64,000 nt of DNA from Candidatus Saccharimonadota bacterium. GTDB taxonomy: Bacteria; Patescibacteriota; Saccharimonadia; Saccharimonadales; JACOTW01. The notes beneath the pieces were generated by a model, which did not search any database, was not told where the DNA came from, and saw nothing but the letters and a program-made list of their open reading frames with translations. A program made the translations under genes and the position numbers. The stretch is from NCBI GenBank assembly GCA_016178135.1, contig JACOTW010000002.1:13043-77042 (forward strand), given 5' to 3'. Below are positions 1-8,927 of this stretch, in pieces; position 1 is the stretch's first letter, and each line of letters starts with the position of its first letter.

Positions 1-2
1 GA

Positions 3-137
3 ACGAGTATTTTAGAACATCTTTTGTGGACAATCACATTGGGTGATTTTGTAAGCCTTTACCTGGCACTATTGAACGGTTTGAATCCAACACCAGTAGA
101 TTTGATAGAAAAACTAAAACTTGCCATGGATGAGTAA
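3..137 (+). CDS. C-terminal end of bifunctional phosphoglucose/phosphomannose isomerase (truncated by window start)
   Basis: Manual translation from nt 3: TSILEHLLWTITLGDFVSLYLALLNGLNPTPVDLIEKLKLAMDE*, matching the PGI/PMI C-terminal motif GDxxSxYLA...PTPVxxIxxLK. Confidence 0.75.
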   Translation, partial: TSILEHLLWTITLGDFVSLYLALLNGLNPTPVDLIEKLKLAMDE

Positions 138-876
138 GTCCAGCAAAGATATTACCAGGCTTGGAACGATATTATCTGTTTGGGCTCATCCAGACGACGA
201 GACTTTGAGTTGTGCCGGCATCATGATGGCCGCTATTGCTAATGATCAAAAAGTTATTTGCGTTACGGCAACAAGAGGTGAAGCTGGGGTTAGAGATGAA
301 TCGCGTTGGCCAGCAACAAACTTGGGCAAAATTCGTTCTAAAGAATTGGCGGCAGCACTCAAGATCATGGGCGTTACTGATCATCATTGGTTGGATTATC
401 CTGATGGAGGTTGCGACACGGCACAGGAGGAAAAAGCTGCTCAAAAAATCGCTCATTTAATCGAATACCATAATCCAGATACAATTTTAACGTTTGGACC
501 GGAGGGTTTGACCGGTCATTCAGATCACTGCACCGTTTCACGCTGGGTGGATCTGGCAGTACGATTAGTTGCTAATTCAAAAATTGGCGTATATCACGCT
601 ACAGAACTACGAGAAAGTTTTGAAGCAGGTCAGGAGATTTCTACAAAACATAACTTCTTCTTTAATATAGACAGGCCGCCAATTGTTGAAGCAGGAGAAT
701 GCGATATATTATTTAGACTACCAAAAGAGCTACTGGCAAAGAAGTACATGGCACTTCAGGCAATGCCATCACAGTATGAAGACATATTAAAGGAATCTGA
801 AAAAGATACCATGTACGGCATGATAGGAGCCGAAGCTTTTGTCAGGCACGTTAAATCGGTTGACTCTTTAATTTAA
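130..876 (+). CDS. PIG-L/LmbE family deacetylase
   Basis: AHPDDE and GHSDH metal motifs, TRGEAG, RxxEL; ATG at 130 overlaps the upstream stop. Confidence 0.9.
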   Translation: MSKSSKDITRLGTILSVWAHPDDETLSCAGIMMAAIANDQKVICVTATRGEAGVRDESRWPATNLGKIRSKELAAALKIMGVTDHHWLDYPDGGCDTAQEEKAAQKIAHLIEYHNPDTILTFGPEGLTGHSDHCTVSRWVDLAVRLVANSKIGVYHATELRESFEAGQEISTKHNFFFNIDRPPIVEAGECDILFRLPKELLAKKYMALQAMPSQYEDILKESEKDTMYGMIGAEAFVRHVKSVDSLI

Positions 877-1390
877 GCCAATAGCCAATATAAGAAAAAA
901 ACAGATGTAGAGCAAAGTAGACGATAAAAACATAAATCACAAGCCCTATAGTTATATCAATCACAAATGCCACCGCTAATAATCCACCTATAATATAGTC
1001 TATTTGGTCAAACGGATACCAGCTTTTACCTGAATCAATTCCACGCCAACGCTTGAAAAAACTTTCCAGCGCGTCTCCGGCTAGAGCGCCAAAGCCCATA
1101 AGTGGCGCGATTAGCAACTCTGGCTGGCTAAGACCAAACTTCCAGGTAATGTGTTCAAACACCAAAGCCCTTAGAAGCCAACCAGTTATCAGTGCACTGA
1201 AAATCCCAAAAACTAGACCACGCCAGGTTTTGTTATCGCCAAGAATGCGTTTACCATGAAAACTAAAGCCAAAGTCCATTGGTGTACGCCACTTTTTTAG
1301 CAAGGGAATTTGAGTCGACAAAATAGGCATCATATTTGCCGCACCCGCTGGCAAGAAGAACCAGAAAGCTATCAACAAATTATCGATCAT
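851..1390 (-). CDS. carS: CDP-archaeol synthase-like (CarS/DUF46) membrane cytidylyltransferase
   Basis: PAGAANMMP, PMDFG, GDNKTWRG, GDALESFFKR, PFDQID motifs; several TM helices. Confidence 0.8.
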   Translation of the reverse strand: MIDNLLIAFWFFLPAGAANMMPILSTQIPLLKKWRTPMDFGFSFHGKRILGDNKTWRGLVFGIFSALITGWLLRALVFEHITWKFGLSQPELLIAPLMGFGALAGDALESFFKRWRGIDSGKSWYPFDQIDYIIGGLLAVAFVIDITIGLVIYVFIVYFALHLFFSYIGYWLKLKSQPI

Positions 1391-2037
1391 GTTTTAAGCA
1401 ACCTTTTTCTAAGATGATGATATTTAGGGTAAAGAAGTGAGCGTAAATTGGGACGATTAGTAACGAGCGTACCAGACATAAACAGATCAAGTAAGGTATC
1501 ATGGGTTGGTATTTGCTTGACCACGGTATAGGTTTTACCAAGCCCCTGATAGCCATGAGCATCGCTACTGGCCGCACCAATAATATGATTTATGCGTGCC
1601 CAAGTAATTGCCTGCGTGCCACGATTTTGTAAAAATGCTCGTCCGTTACAGGTTTCAATAATGTCGACTTGATCAAGTATTTTTTCAATAGCTACCGGCA
1701 TCAAACCTTTTCGGATAGTTTCGAAAGGATGGGGTATGTAGACAATTCCGCCTTGTTTTTTGATTTGTTTGACTGTTTCTAGGGGTGATAAATTTGGCTC
1801 GACTAAATTATCCAGATAGAGCCCAATTATTTCACCGTCGGTGGTCATGATTTCTTCACCAATAATTATACGATTACCTAATTTTTTGTGCAGCTCAACG
1901 GCAAAATCTATGCGGTTATGATCTGTTACGGCTATCACGTCCAGTAATCCTGTGGCTAGGGCGTGGGCGTATTGCTCGACTTTTATGCCACCATCAGGCG
2001 AGGCGGATGAATGCGTGTGTAGATCAATCTTGTACAT
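1387..2037 (-). CDS. PHP-domain metal-dependent phosphoesterase
   Basis: DLHTHS..SPDG, VTDHN, PHPF, SSDAH motifs. Confidence 0.9.
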   Translation of the reverse strand: MYKIDLHTHSSASPDGGIKVEQYAHALATGLLDVIAVTDHNRIDFAVELHKKLGNRIIIGEEIMTTDGEIIGLYLDNLVEPNLSPLETVKQIKKQGGIVYIPHPFETIRKGLMPVAIEKILDQVDIIETCNGRAFLQNRGTQAITWARINHIIGAASSDAHGYQGLGKTYTVVKQIPTHDTLLDLFMSGTLVTNRPNLRSLLYPKYHHLRKRLLKT

Positions 2038-2701
2038 TTTTTAGCTTCTTGGTTATATGCATGAATCGCTGCAAGACTGTTATCGATCCAAACACAACTA
2101 TTATGTACAGAATTGTTGGTAATTTACCAGATACCAAGCCAATTATGATCAGTACTATTCTGGTATCAAAACCAAGCAGACCGCTTCTAAAAGTCTTATT
2201 AACTTTGTGATCTTTACTGGATTCACCCAAAGCGATTTTGCGTGAATCCAGTTTATGGTGGCTAAAGTTAGCTAATACAGCCTCTCCCCAGGCATTCAAA
2301 TAACTGGTGAGTATAGAAATACCCAGAGCCACGATCAAAATAACTATAGTTGTTTTGCTAGCTCCGGAATCTATCAGAAATATAGCCATACCACAGTACA
2401 GCATAATTTCTTTTATGCGATCAGTTGCCGAATCCAAAAACATACCAAGAGCCGAAGTTTTATTTTGCGACCTAGCAAGTTCGCCATCCAACGTGTCAAA
2501 TAACCCAAAAATTGCTAAAAATAGCGCCGCCCACAACGGATGCCGCATGGCAATCAACCAAGCAATCGGAATATGCATCAATAATCCAAAAATCGTAACA
2601 GCATTTGGTGAAAGCCTGTTTTTGGTAATTCTACTAAGCACGACAGCAACACGTTGCATATATTGACGAACAAGATTCCTGATAATATCTAATAGCTTCA
2701 C
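2024..2701 (-). CDS. CDP-alcohol phosphatidyltransferase
   Basis: SPNAVT and D-x2-DG-x2-AR...G-x3-D-x3-D signature (DTLDGELAR...GMFLDSATDR). Confidence 0.9.
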   Translation of the reverse strand: MKLLDIIRNLVRQYMQRVAVVLSRITKNRLSPNAVTIFGLLMHIPIAWLIAMRHPLWAALFLAIFGLFDTLDGELARSQNKTSALGMFLDSATDRIKEIMLYCGMAIFLIDSGASKTTIVILIVALGISILTSYLNAWGEAVLANFSHHKLDSRKIALGESSKDHKVNKTFRSGLLGFDTRIVLIIIGLVSGKLPTILYIIVVFGSITVLQRFMHITKKLKNVQD

Positions 2702-2749
2702 TGGTTAACATTATACAAGATTAACTCGTCTCTGTTATTATAATCTAAG

Positions 2750-4435
2750 ATGAAACAAGAACTTGAATATGTGGTTTCTAAGGTTTGTATGGAATTGTTC
2801 AATGTTGATGTATCTGTGGAATTGACTCGACCAGATGAACAATTTGGTGATTATGCGACGAGCGTTGCTTTACAGCTCGGCCAGCAATTGAATAAAAATC
2901 CGCGCGAAATTGCTGAAAAAATAGCTAGCAAATTAAAACATAAAAAAATTGCTGGCACAGAAGTTGCAGGTCCGGGTTTTATCAATATTAAAATTCAAAG
3001 CAACTTGCTTGCAATGTGGTTATTTGAAGAGACAAAGTTAAGAGTATTCGGTAGAAGCGATTTAGGTCAGGGAAGGAAAGTTGTTTGCGAGTTCCCAAGT
3101 CCCAATATGGCTAAACCAGTTAGTGTTGGGCATCTCCGAGCTGCCGTTCAGGGGTGGACTATATATAAATTAATGACGCATCTTGGCTATGAAGTTGTTA
3201 CTGACAATCATATCGGTGATTATGGCACACCATTTGGGAAGTGGGTTGTTGGTTTTTTGTACTTTAGCTCTGATGAGAAACTCGCCAAAGATGGTATATA
3301 TGAACTCGCTCGTATTTATATAGAAATAACTGCCGCACTTAAGACAGAAAAAGAACAGGGTGATGATAAGCTTGCCGGAGAGGTTCAGGGGTGGCTTAAG
3401 AAGCTGGAAGCAAAGGACGTAGACGCGGTTGAGTATAGCAATCGTTTCAATAAAATATCGCTCGATCATTTACATAAAGTTATGGGGCGTCTGCGAATTT
3501 CTACTGACCATGAGCTTGGGGAAGCATTCTACGTACCGCGTGGTCAGGCATTAACTGATGAATTACTCAAAAAAGGTATAGCAAAAGAAAGCGATGGCGC
3601 CTTGGTTGTGCCACTTGATGATGCAGGAATTGATACTCCAATTATGCTAAGAAAAGCCAACGGGACAGCATTATATGCGACGACCGACCTAGCAACTATC
3701 GAATATCGGCAACAGCAATGGAACCCGGAAAAAGTTTTTATCCATACTGGTCAAGAGCAAACTTTTTACTTCCGTCAGCTAAAGGCACTTGCTAAAAAAG
3801 TTGGGTACAAAGATGTCATTGAGCACCTCTGGCATGGTCTGATTGACCAAAAGGACGAAGACGGTACACGTCAAAAAATGAGTTCTAGAAAAGGCGTGGT
3901 TTTGCTTGAAGAGCTACTTGACGTTGCCGAGAAAAAAGCTCGTAAACAGATGAAAGACGGTAACGAGGAAGATATCAAAGCCGTTGCGTTGGGTGCCATT
4001 AAGTTTGCTGATTTTACTGCTGATCGCAAGAAAGGCATGCTATTTGATTGGGAAAGTATGTTCAGTGTTCAGGGCTTTTCAGGACCGGCAGTGCAATATG
4101 CGGTAGTGCGTATAAAAAGTGTTCTCGCAAAAGCTACCGATTCAAAACCTAATGATATTTCAGATTACGATTGGCAGGCCGAACATGCACTTCTTTTGCT
4201 TGCGACTGATTTCCCCCAGCTCTTGGTAGAACTTGGTAAAAACTACGAAATGCATAAATTAGCCACCTACTTATATGGTCTAGCTCGGGAACTTAATCGA
4301 TATTACGAAGAGACTCAAATTCTGATCACCAAAGAACCAATCCGTGGGTATCGGCTCTGGTTCATAACGGTTATAAGAGACATATTAGTTGATGGCTTGG
4401 ATATATTAGGTATTCCAACTCCGGAGCGAATGTAA
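2750..4435 (+). CDS. argS: arginyl-tRNA synthetase
   Basis: FGDYA, GPGFIN, SPNMAKPVSVGHLR (HIGH-like), KMSSRKG, LGIPTPERM C-terminus. Confidence 0.97.
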   Translation: MKQELEYVVSKVCMELFNVDVSVELTRPDEQFGDYATSVALQLGQQLNKNPREIAEKIASKLKHKKIAGTEVAGPGFINIKIQSNLLAMWLFEETKLRVFGRSDLGQGRKVVCEFPSPNMAKPVSVGHLRAAVQGWTIYKLMTHLGYEVVTDNHIGDYGTPFGKWVVGFLYFSSDEKLAKDGIYELARIYIEITAALKTEKEQGDDKLAGEVQGWLKKLEAKDVDAVEYSNRFNKISLDHLHKVMGRLRISTDHELGEAFYVPRGQALTDELLKKGIAKESDGALVVPLDDAGIDTPIMLRKANGTALYATTDLATIEYRQQQWNPEKVFIHTGQEQTFYFRQLKALAKKVGYKDVIEHLWHGLIDQKDEDGTRQKMSSRKGVVLLEELLDVAEKKARKQMKDGNEEDIKAVALGAIKFADFTADRKKGMLFDWESMFSVQGFSGPAVQYAVVRIKSVLAKATDSKPNDISDYDWQAEHALLLLATDFPQLLVELGKNYEMHKLATYLYGLARELNRYYEETQILITKEPIRGYRLWFITVIRDILVDGLDILGIPTPERM

Positions 4436-5064
4436 TGATTATTGTCTTTGATTTTGATGGCACCCTGGCTAATACTCGTGAATTAACTTTGTCTATTTAT
4501 AACGAAATAGCATCGGAACATGGCTTCAAGCGAATAACCACCAAGGATTATATTAGGCTCCGAAAACAAAGTTACTTATCGGTGTTAAGGTGGACGGGGA
4601 TACATCTATGGCAAATTCCCAAACTTATAAGTGAAGGTCATAAACTTTTTGCCAAACGTGGTTCGGAAATTAGGCTTTTCCCAGGTTGCCAAGAAGTTTT
4701 ATATGCTTTGAATGCGGCTGGACATGACTTGTACGTGCTTAGTTCGAACACACCAAGAACTATCAAAAAAGTTACCCGCGCACAGGGGCTGGAATTTATT
4801 CATGTTTTGCCGTCGGCTAATTTGTTTAGCAAGGCCGCCAAACTTAAAAATTTAAAGAAAAAATACCCCAACGAAAACATGGTGATGATAGGCGACGAGC
4901 TTCGCGATATCCAAGCTGCCAAACGTGCCGGAATAAAGGTTTTCGCTGTTACCTGGGGTTTTCAACCTAAAGAAATGTTAAAATCCGCTAATCCTGATAT
5001 TCTGATATCCAAGCCGTCCGAAATATTAGCGGCAGTTGAAAAACTATCTAATTCACTAACGTAA
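4435..5064 (+). CDS. HAD-superfamily phosphatase (phosphoglycolate phosphatase-like)
   Basis: FDFDGTL, LSSN, IGDELRDIQAA, VTWGF. Confidence 0.9.
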   Translation: MIIVFDFDGTLANTRELTLSIYNEIASEHGFKRITTKDYIRLRKQSYLSVLRWTGIHLWQIPKLISEGHKLFAKRGSEIRLFPGCQEVLYALNAAGHDLYVLSSNTPRTIKKVTRAQGLEFIHVLPSANLFSKAAKLKNLKKKYPNENMVMIGDELRDIQAAKRAGIKVFAVTWGFQPKEMLKSANPDILISKPSEILAAVEKLSNSLT

Positions 5065-5086
5065 GGATGCGGAAAGAGAGAAATAC

Positions 5087-5494
5087 ATGCCAACCAATAA
5101 AACTAAATCCAAAGGTAAGATAATTACTAAAAGAGAGGTTGTAGTAAGCCTGCCGGTAGTTCATTCACCAAAATGGCTGGAAGGCTTTGTTGCTTTCATT
5201 CGTGAGCAGGGGGTGGTTGGACTGGCTGTTGGTTTAGTACTCGGCGTGGCCGCCAAAAGTGTTGTAGATTCACTCGTGAATAATATTTTTAATCCAATCG
5301 TCGGACTGATTGGTGGTGGCGGGGAGTTGGGTAATCGTTATGTGTGCCTAAAAGAGGTTGCTGGTCAGTGTACTAACAAACTGGGCTACGGATCGGTTGT
5401 TAATAGTATTGTTAGTTTTTTGGTGGTGGCCGCAATGGTTTACTTTTTGATTAAGGGACTTAAACTAGACAAGATCGACAAAAAGAAAACTTAA
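5087..5494 (+). CDS. mscL: large-conductance mechanosensitive channel
   Basis: FIREQGVVGLAVGLVLG...VVDSLVNNIFNP...YGSVVNSIVSFLVVA. Confidence 0.9.
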   Translation: MPTNKTKSKGKIITKREVVVSLPVVHSPKWLEGFVAFIREQGVVGLAVGLVLGVAAKSVVDSLVNNIFNPIVGLIGGGGELGNRYVCLKEVAGQCTNKLGYGSVVNSIVSFLVVAAMVYFLIKGLKLDKIDKKKT

Positions 5495-5522
5495 ATAATT
5501 AATTTAAATTTGTCTAGAATAG

Positions 5523-6461
5523 CTATAGCCCCCGCAAAACAAATTCGTGGGTTTTTGAAGCAATGATCTTTGAGCCAAAAACTGACTTTTCCGAGAGAGA
5601 CATATCCTTAGATACGTTGAACGAGGAAAGGCGGTTTTGGGCCAAAGAGGGTGACTCGAAAAGTCGGGAATTTGTTTTGCGGGGACTATATAACTGTAAC
5701 CCAAAAAACTCCTCAAGTGTTTCAAGGTTGTTTCTATATATTTCGCGTGATAGCTCTGTTCCGACATAACGGAGATGCCATGGTTCATAAGAATAACCAG
5801 TAATTTGCTGCTTATTTTTGGTATAACGGATGATAAAACCGTATTCGTAGGCATTGGCTGTCAGCCATTTGCCTTCCGGTAGGTCCCCAAAACATGATTC
5901 TAATTGACATTTCCTATCCGAACGACCAAGGTCAACCGCTAGACCAGTTTGATGTTCGCTGTGTCCAGGTTGCGCACTATAAGTATCGGCCTTAATCTGA
6001 CCATCTTGCTTAACATAGCCATTATATACTGAAGATTGAGTCGTGTAGCTACGATATCCGCTGACCAACATGAGCGAATATCCTGATTGTTTGGCTCCTA
6101 CAACAAGCTTGGAAAGTGCGTCGTTCATAACGTTGCTGATATGCATGTTTTCGCTGTTGGTAACTTCGCTTAGTAGTATGTTTGGAGTAACAAGATTGGT
6201 TGGTATGTAGGTTCTAGGTAGTGGACGTTGTTTGTTGACGACTACCCAAGGGCTTGCCGGATCAGTCGTAGAATATTTTGCTTTATCAATAACAGGAACG
6301 GCTGATTGAACTTCTGGGTTATTGGCTTTTACTATGGTTTGGGTAGGTGACTTAGGGGCATTGTCGTGTAGCACTAACCAGTAAAAGCTGATTCCAAATA
6401 ATAAGATTGCCAGAACGATAATGACTAGTTTTTTATTCAGGAAAAAATTTCTTCTAAGCAT
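5523..6461 (-). CDS. M15B D-Ala-D-Ala carboxypeptidase (VanY/LdcB-like) with repeat-derived 55-aa C-terminal extension
   Basis: N-terminal TM; SGYRSY, SAQPGHSEHQTGLAVD, YEPWHLRYVG; last 55 codons are a family-B palindromic element. Confidence 0.9.
   Translation of the reverse strand: MLRRNFFLNKKLVIIVLAILLFGISFYWLVLHDNAPKSPTQTIVKANNPEVQSAVPVIDKAKYSTTDPASPWVVVNKQRPLPRTYIPTNLVTPNILLSEVTNSENMHISNVMNDALSKLVVGAKQSGYSLMLVSGYRSYTTQSSVYNGYVKQDGQIKADTYSAQPGHSEHQTGLAVDLGRSDRKCQLESCFGDLPEGKWLTANAYEYGFIIRYTKNKQQITGYSYEPWHLRYVGTELSREIYRNNLETLEEFFGLQLYSPRKTNSRLFESPSLAQNRLSSFNVSKDMSLSEKSVFGSKIIASKTHEFVLRGL
5526..5688. mobile_element. palindromic element family B, copy 1 (163 bp, TA flanks)
   Basis: TIR TAGCCCCCGCAAAACAAATTC / GAATTTGTTTTGCGGGGACTA; homologous over its length to 44907-45069. 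Confidence 0.85.
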
Positions 6462-6502
6462 TTACAATAATCATACTACGGATTTTATCTCTGCACGATT
6501 GA

Positions 6503-6667
6503 TATATAGGACTTACGTACTTTCTCACCACACCAGACTTAACCTGTGTGGTTACAAACGGCCCATGTTCTCTCGGTGTAGCTATGGCTACCCCTCCAGA
6601 ACCTGAACCGTTTTCGCTCACCCAGCTACACTCTGGCATTGGTAAGAAAGTGCGTAAGTCCTATATA
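6503..6667. mobile_element. palindromic element family C (related termini, different interior)
   Basis: TATATAGGACTTACGTACTTTCTCACCA / TGGTAAGAAAGTGCGTAAGTCCTATATA inverted repeat; shares its TATA with the adjacent family-A copy. Confidence 0.75.
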
Positions 6668-6817
6668 CTGAACCGATCGCAAAATCCCTCATCCCCATAA
6701 TGAATCAGCTCGAGCAAAAGCGGTTTTCTATGAAGAAGATGTATCCAGTAGAGAGGAAAAACTGTTTGTGGCCACGGTTAGTCGGTCTGGGGATGAGGGA
6801 TTTTGCGATCGGTCCAG
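6668..6817. mobile_element. palindromic element family A (diverged copy), TATA/TATA flanks, upstream of orn
   Basis: CTGAACCGATCGCAAAATCCCTCATCCCCA / TGGGGATGAGGGATTTTGCGATCGGTCCAG; interior AATCAGCTCGAGC...GAGAGGAAAAACTGTTTGT as in other copies. Confidence 0.9.
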
Positions 6818-6831
6818 TATACTAACGGGTA

Positions 6832-7395
6832 ATGGACAAAAATCTAATTCCCAGTAAATTGCTCTGGGTTGACCTGGAAATGACCGGTCTTGATCCCACC
6901 AAGGATCTATTGCTGGAAGTAGCGGCTGAAATAACTGACTTTAATTTCAAAACTCTTGGCTCTTACGAGGCTCATATCAAGCAGCCTCGCGATAAGGTAG
7001 TGGCGCGCATGCAAGCTAATGTTTGGTGGCGTGATTATCCAGAAAACCGAGATACTTTTTTGGCTAAGTTAGACGAATCAAAATCGTTAGTAGAGGTTGA
7101 AAACGAATTAATAGGGTTAGTAAAAGAGCACTTTGGCGACGAGCCGGCAGTTTTGGCGGGTAATTCTATTCATAATGACCGAAACTTTTTAAAACATTGG
7201 ATGCCAAGTCTGGATTTGAAATTGCACTACCGAATGCTGGATGTTAGCGCCTGGAAAATATTGATGCAAGGTAAATACGGTGTGATCTTTGAAAAGAATT
7301 CTACTCATCGCGCTTTCGATGACATCCAGGCCTCCATAGCCGAGCTACAATATTATCTAGAATTCTTCGGACACGTACAGGGTATTGACAAATAG
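6832..7395 (+). CDS. orn: oligoribonuclease
   Basis: LWVDLEMTGLD, LAGNSIHNDR, LHYRMLDVS, HRAFDDIQASIAEL. Confidence 0.95.
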   Translation: MDKNLIPSKLLWVDLEMTGLDPTKDLLLEVAAEITDFNFKTLGSYEAHIKQPRDKVVARMQANVWWRDYPENRDTFLAKLDESKSLVEVENELIGLVKEHFGDEPAVLAGNSIHNDRNFLKHWMPSLDLKLHYRMLDVSAWKILMQGKYGVIFEKNSTHRAFDDIQASIAELQYYLEFFGHVQGIDK

Positions 7396-7420
7396 TATAT
7401 ATGTTGTAACATACTATATT

Positions 7421-7849
7421 ATGGAAGATATAGGTTCTCCTGAAAAATATAATAGAGTAGTGTTGACGCCGTATGAGACGTATATATTATGTGAAGCTTT
7501 AGAATATTCACCGAATTTTTATTTAGAATACCCAGACTACGAGTCTTATTTAGAGCAATTGCAAGAACTAGTCGAGTGCGGTAATAGTATAGATGTAAAT
7601 TTTAGTGGTGATGTGTCTGATGAGACAATAGGTTTTTTTGCATTAGCTCTAGAAAAATACCAATCAGCAGTGCAGGATTGTTACGATGAATCTATCGAAT
7701 ACCCTATTACTTTTCGAAAATGGTTACAGAGATTCGTTGAAAGGCGAACTATGACTAGAAGGTTGCCAGTTGTTAAAGGCTTGAAAGAATTGTTTATACG
7801 GGAACAAACAAAGCTTATGCTGGAAAGCATAGATCAACAAAATACCTAA
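7421..7849 (+). CDS. hypothetical protein
   Basis: Acidic, Tyr-rich ORF; TTGACA at 7385 upstream; stop overlaps the next ATG. Confidence 0.6.
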   Translation: MEDIGSPEKYNRVVLTPYETYILCEALEYSPNFYLEYPDYESYLEQLQELVECGNSIDVNFSGDVSDETIGFFALALEKYQSAVQDCYDESIEYPITFRKWLQRFVERRTMTRRLPVVKGLKELFIREQTKLMLESIDQQNT

Positions 7850-8163
7850 TGAAGCATAAAATAGTTGAAAAATATGTGCTAAGTATGCCAAATGCTGGAC
7901 TGGATTATCCGTTTGGTGAAGGCGTAGCGGTTTATAAAGTCAAAGATAAAATGTTTGCCTTGATTGATGAAAATAAAATTCCTGTAAGAATTAGCTTAAA
8001 GTGCAATCCAGAGCTGGCAATAATCTTGCGCGATAAATACGAAACGGTACTGGCGGGCTATCATTTGAACAAAAAACACTGGAATACTATAATTTTAACA
8101 GGGCAACTGCCATGGGAAGAGGTTCAGGGGCTTATACGCCATAGTTACGACTTGGTATCATAG
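7849..8163 (+). CDS. MmcQ/YjbR family protein
   Basis: YPFG..VYKVKDKMFAL, LKCNPE, GYHLNKKHWNT. Confidence 0.9.
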   Translation: MKHKIVEKYVLSMPNAGLDYPFGEGVAVYKVKDKMFALIDENKIPVRISLKCNPELAIILRDKYETVLAGYHLNKKHWNTIILTGQLPWEEVQGLIRHSYDLVS

Positions 8164-8185
8164 GATTTTCGCACTTTTGCGTTGA

Positions 8186-8788
8186 TTATAGCTGATCTGT
8201 TGCTGGCGGGAACAGAATCTTGGCTTGACTGTAGGCCTCGCTAATTGACTGTCTGGCTTTTTTGTTTGACGTTGTGTTAAGGGCTTTTTTGAGTGTCTTT
8301 TGATAATTAGCAATACCGGATTGAAGGGTTTTAAGGAATACGACATCAAATTGATTATTCTGATCAGCAGCCGTCAGTATTTTGTCGGTTTCGGCATTTT
8401 TACTAGCTGCTAGCTCTTTGGCATTAAGGCTATAGCCTTGATTTTTGATCATTTTCAGGAAAGGTTGCTGTTCGGCCATTAAGGTCATTTTGGTAGTTAT
8501 TGCCAGATTGAGTGCATCGCTACCACGAGCTTTTGTCAGGGCGATATCCGATATACGAATAAGCTCGGATTGTTGCTTGGCGGCTTTAACCAGATCATCA
8601 GTATTGCCACCACTCCCGCCAAAAATAAAAGAAAAAACAGTTATCAGTATGATGACAAGCAATATGCCACCGACGCCCACCATTAAAATACGTTGTTTTT
8701 TAGAGTTGCCAATACCTGGAAGCAGGCCTTTTTTTGGTAATTTCTGTGGGTTTGTAATGAAGTCGTATTGGTTTGGGGGCATAAGCAT
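8186..8788 (-). CDS. hypothetical single-TM membrane protein
   Basis: Likely start MLMPPNQYDFITNP, then one TM and a helical domain; the upstream part of the listed ORF runs through a repeat and antisense to dnaG. Confidence 0.7.
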   Translation of the reverse strand: MLMPPNQYDFITNPQKLPKKGLLPGIGNSKKQRILMVGVGGILLVIILITVFSFIFGGSGGNTDDLVKAAKQQSELIRISDIALTKARGSDALNLAITTKMTLMAEQQPFLKMIKNQGYSLNAKELAASKNAETDKILTAADQNNQFDVVFLKTLQSGIANYQKTLKKALNTTSNKKARQSISEAYSQAKILFPPATDQL

Positions 8789-8804
8789 TATAATAAAGGT
8801 TCTA

Positions 8805-8913
8805 CTGCACTTACGCAAAATCCCCTCATCCCCAGGCCGAATTCTATCGGCTACAAACTGTTTTCGCTCGAGCTGATTCGCTCTGAGAACGAGGGGTTTT
8901 GCGATAGGTCCAG
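8805..8913. mobile_element. palindromic element family A, short internally deleted form (109 bp)
   Basis: CTGCACTTACGCAAAATCCCCTCATCCCCAG...GGTTTTGCGATAGGTCCAG; followed by TATAAT and the dnaG ATG. Confidence 0.85.
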
Positions 8914-8927
8914 TATAATAGTCAAGT

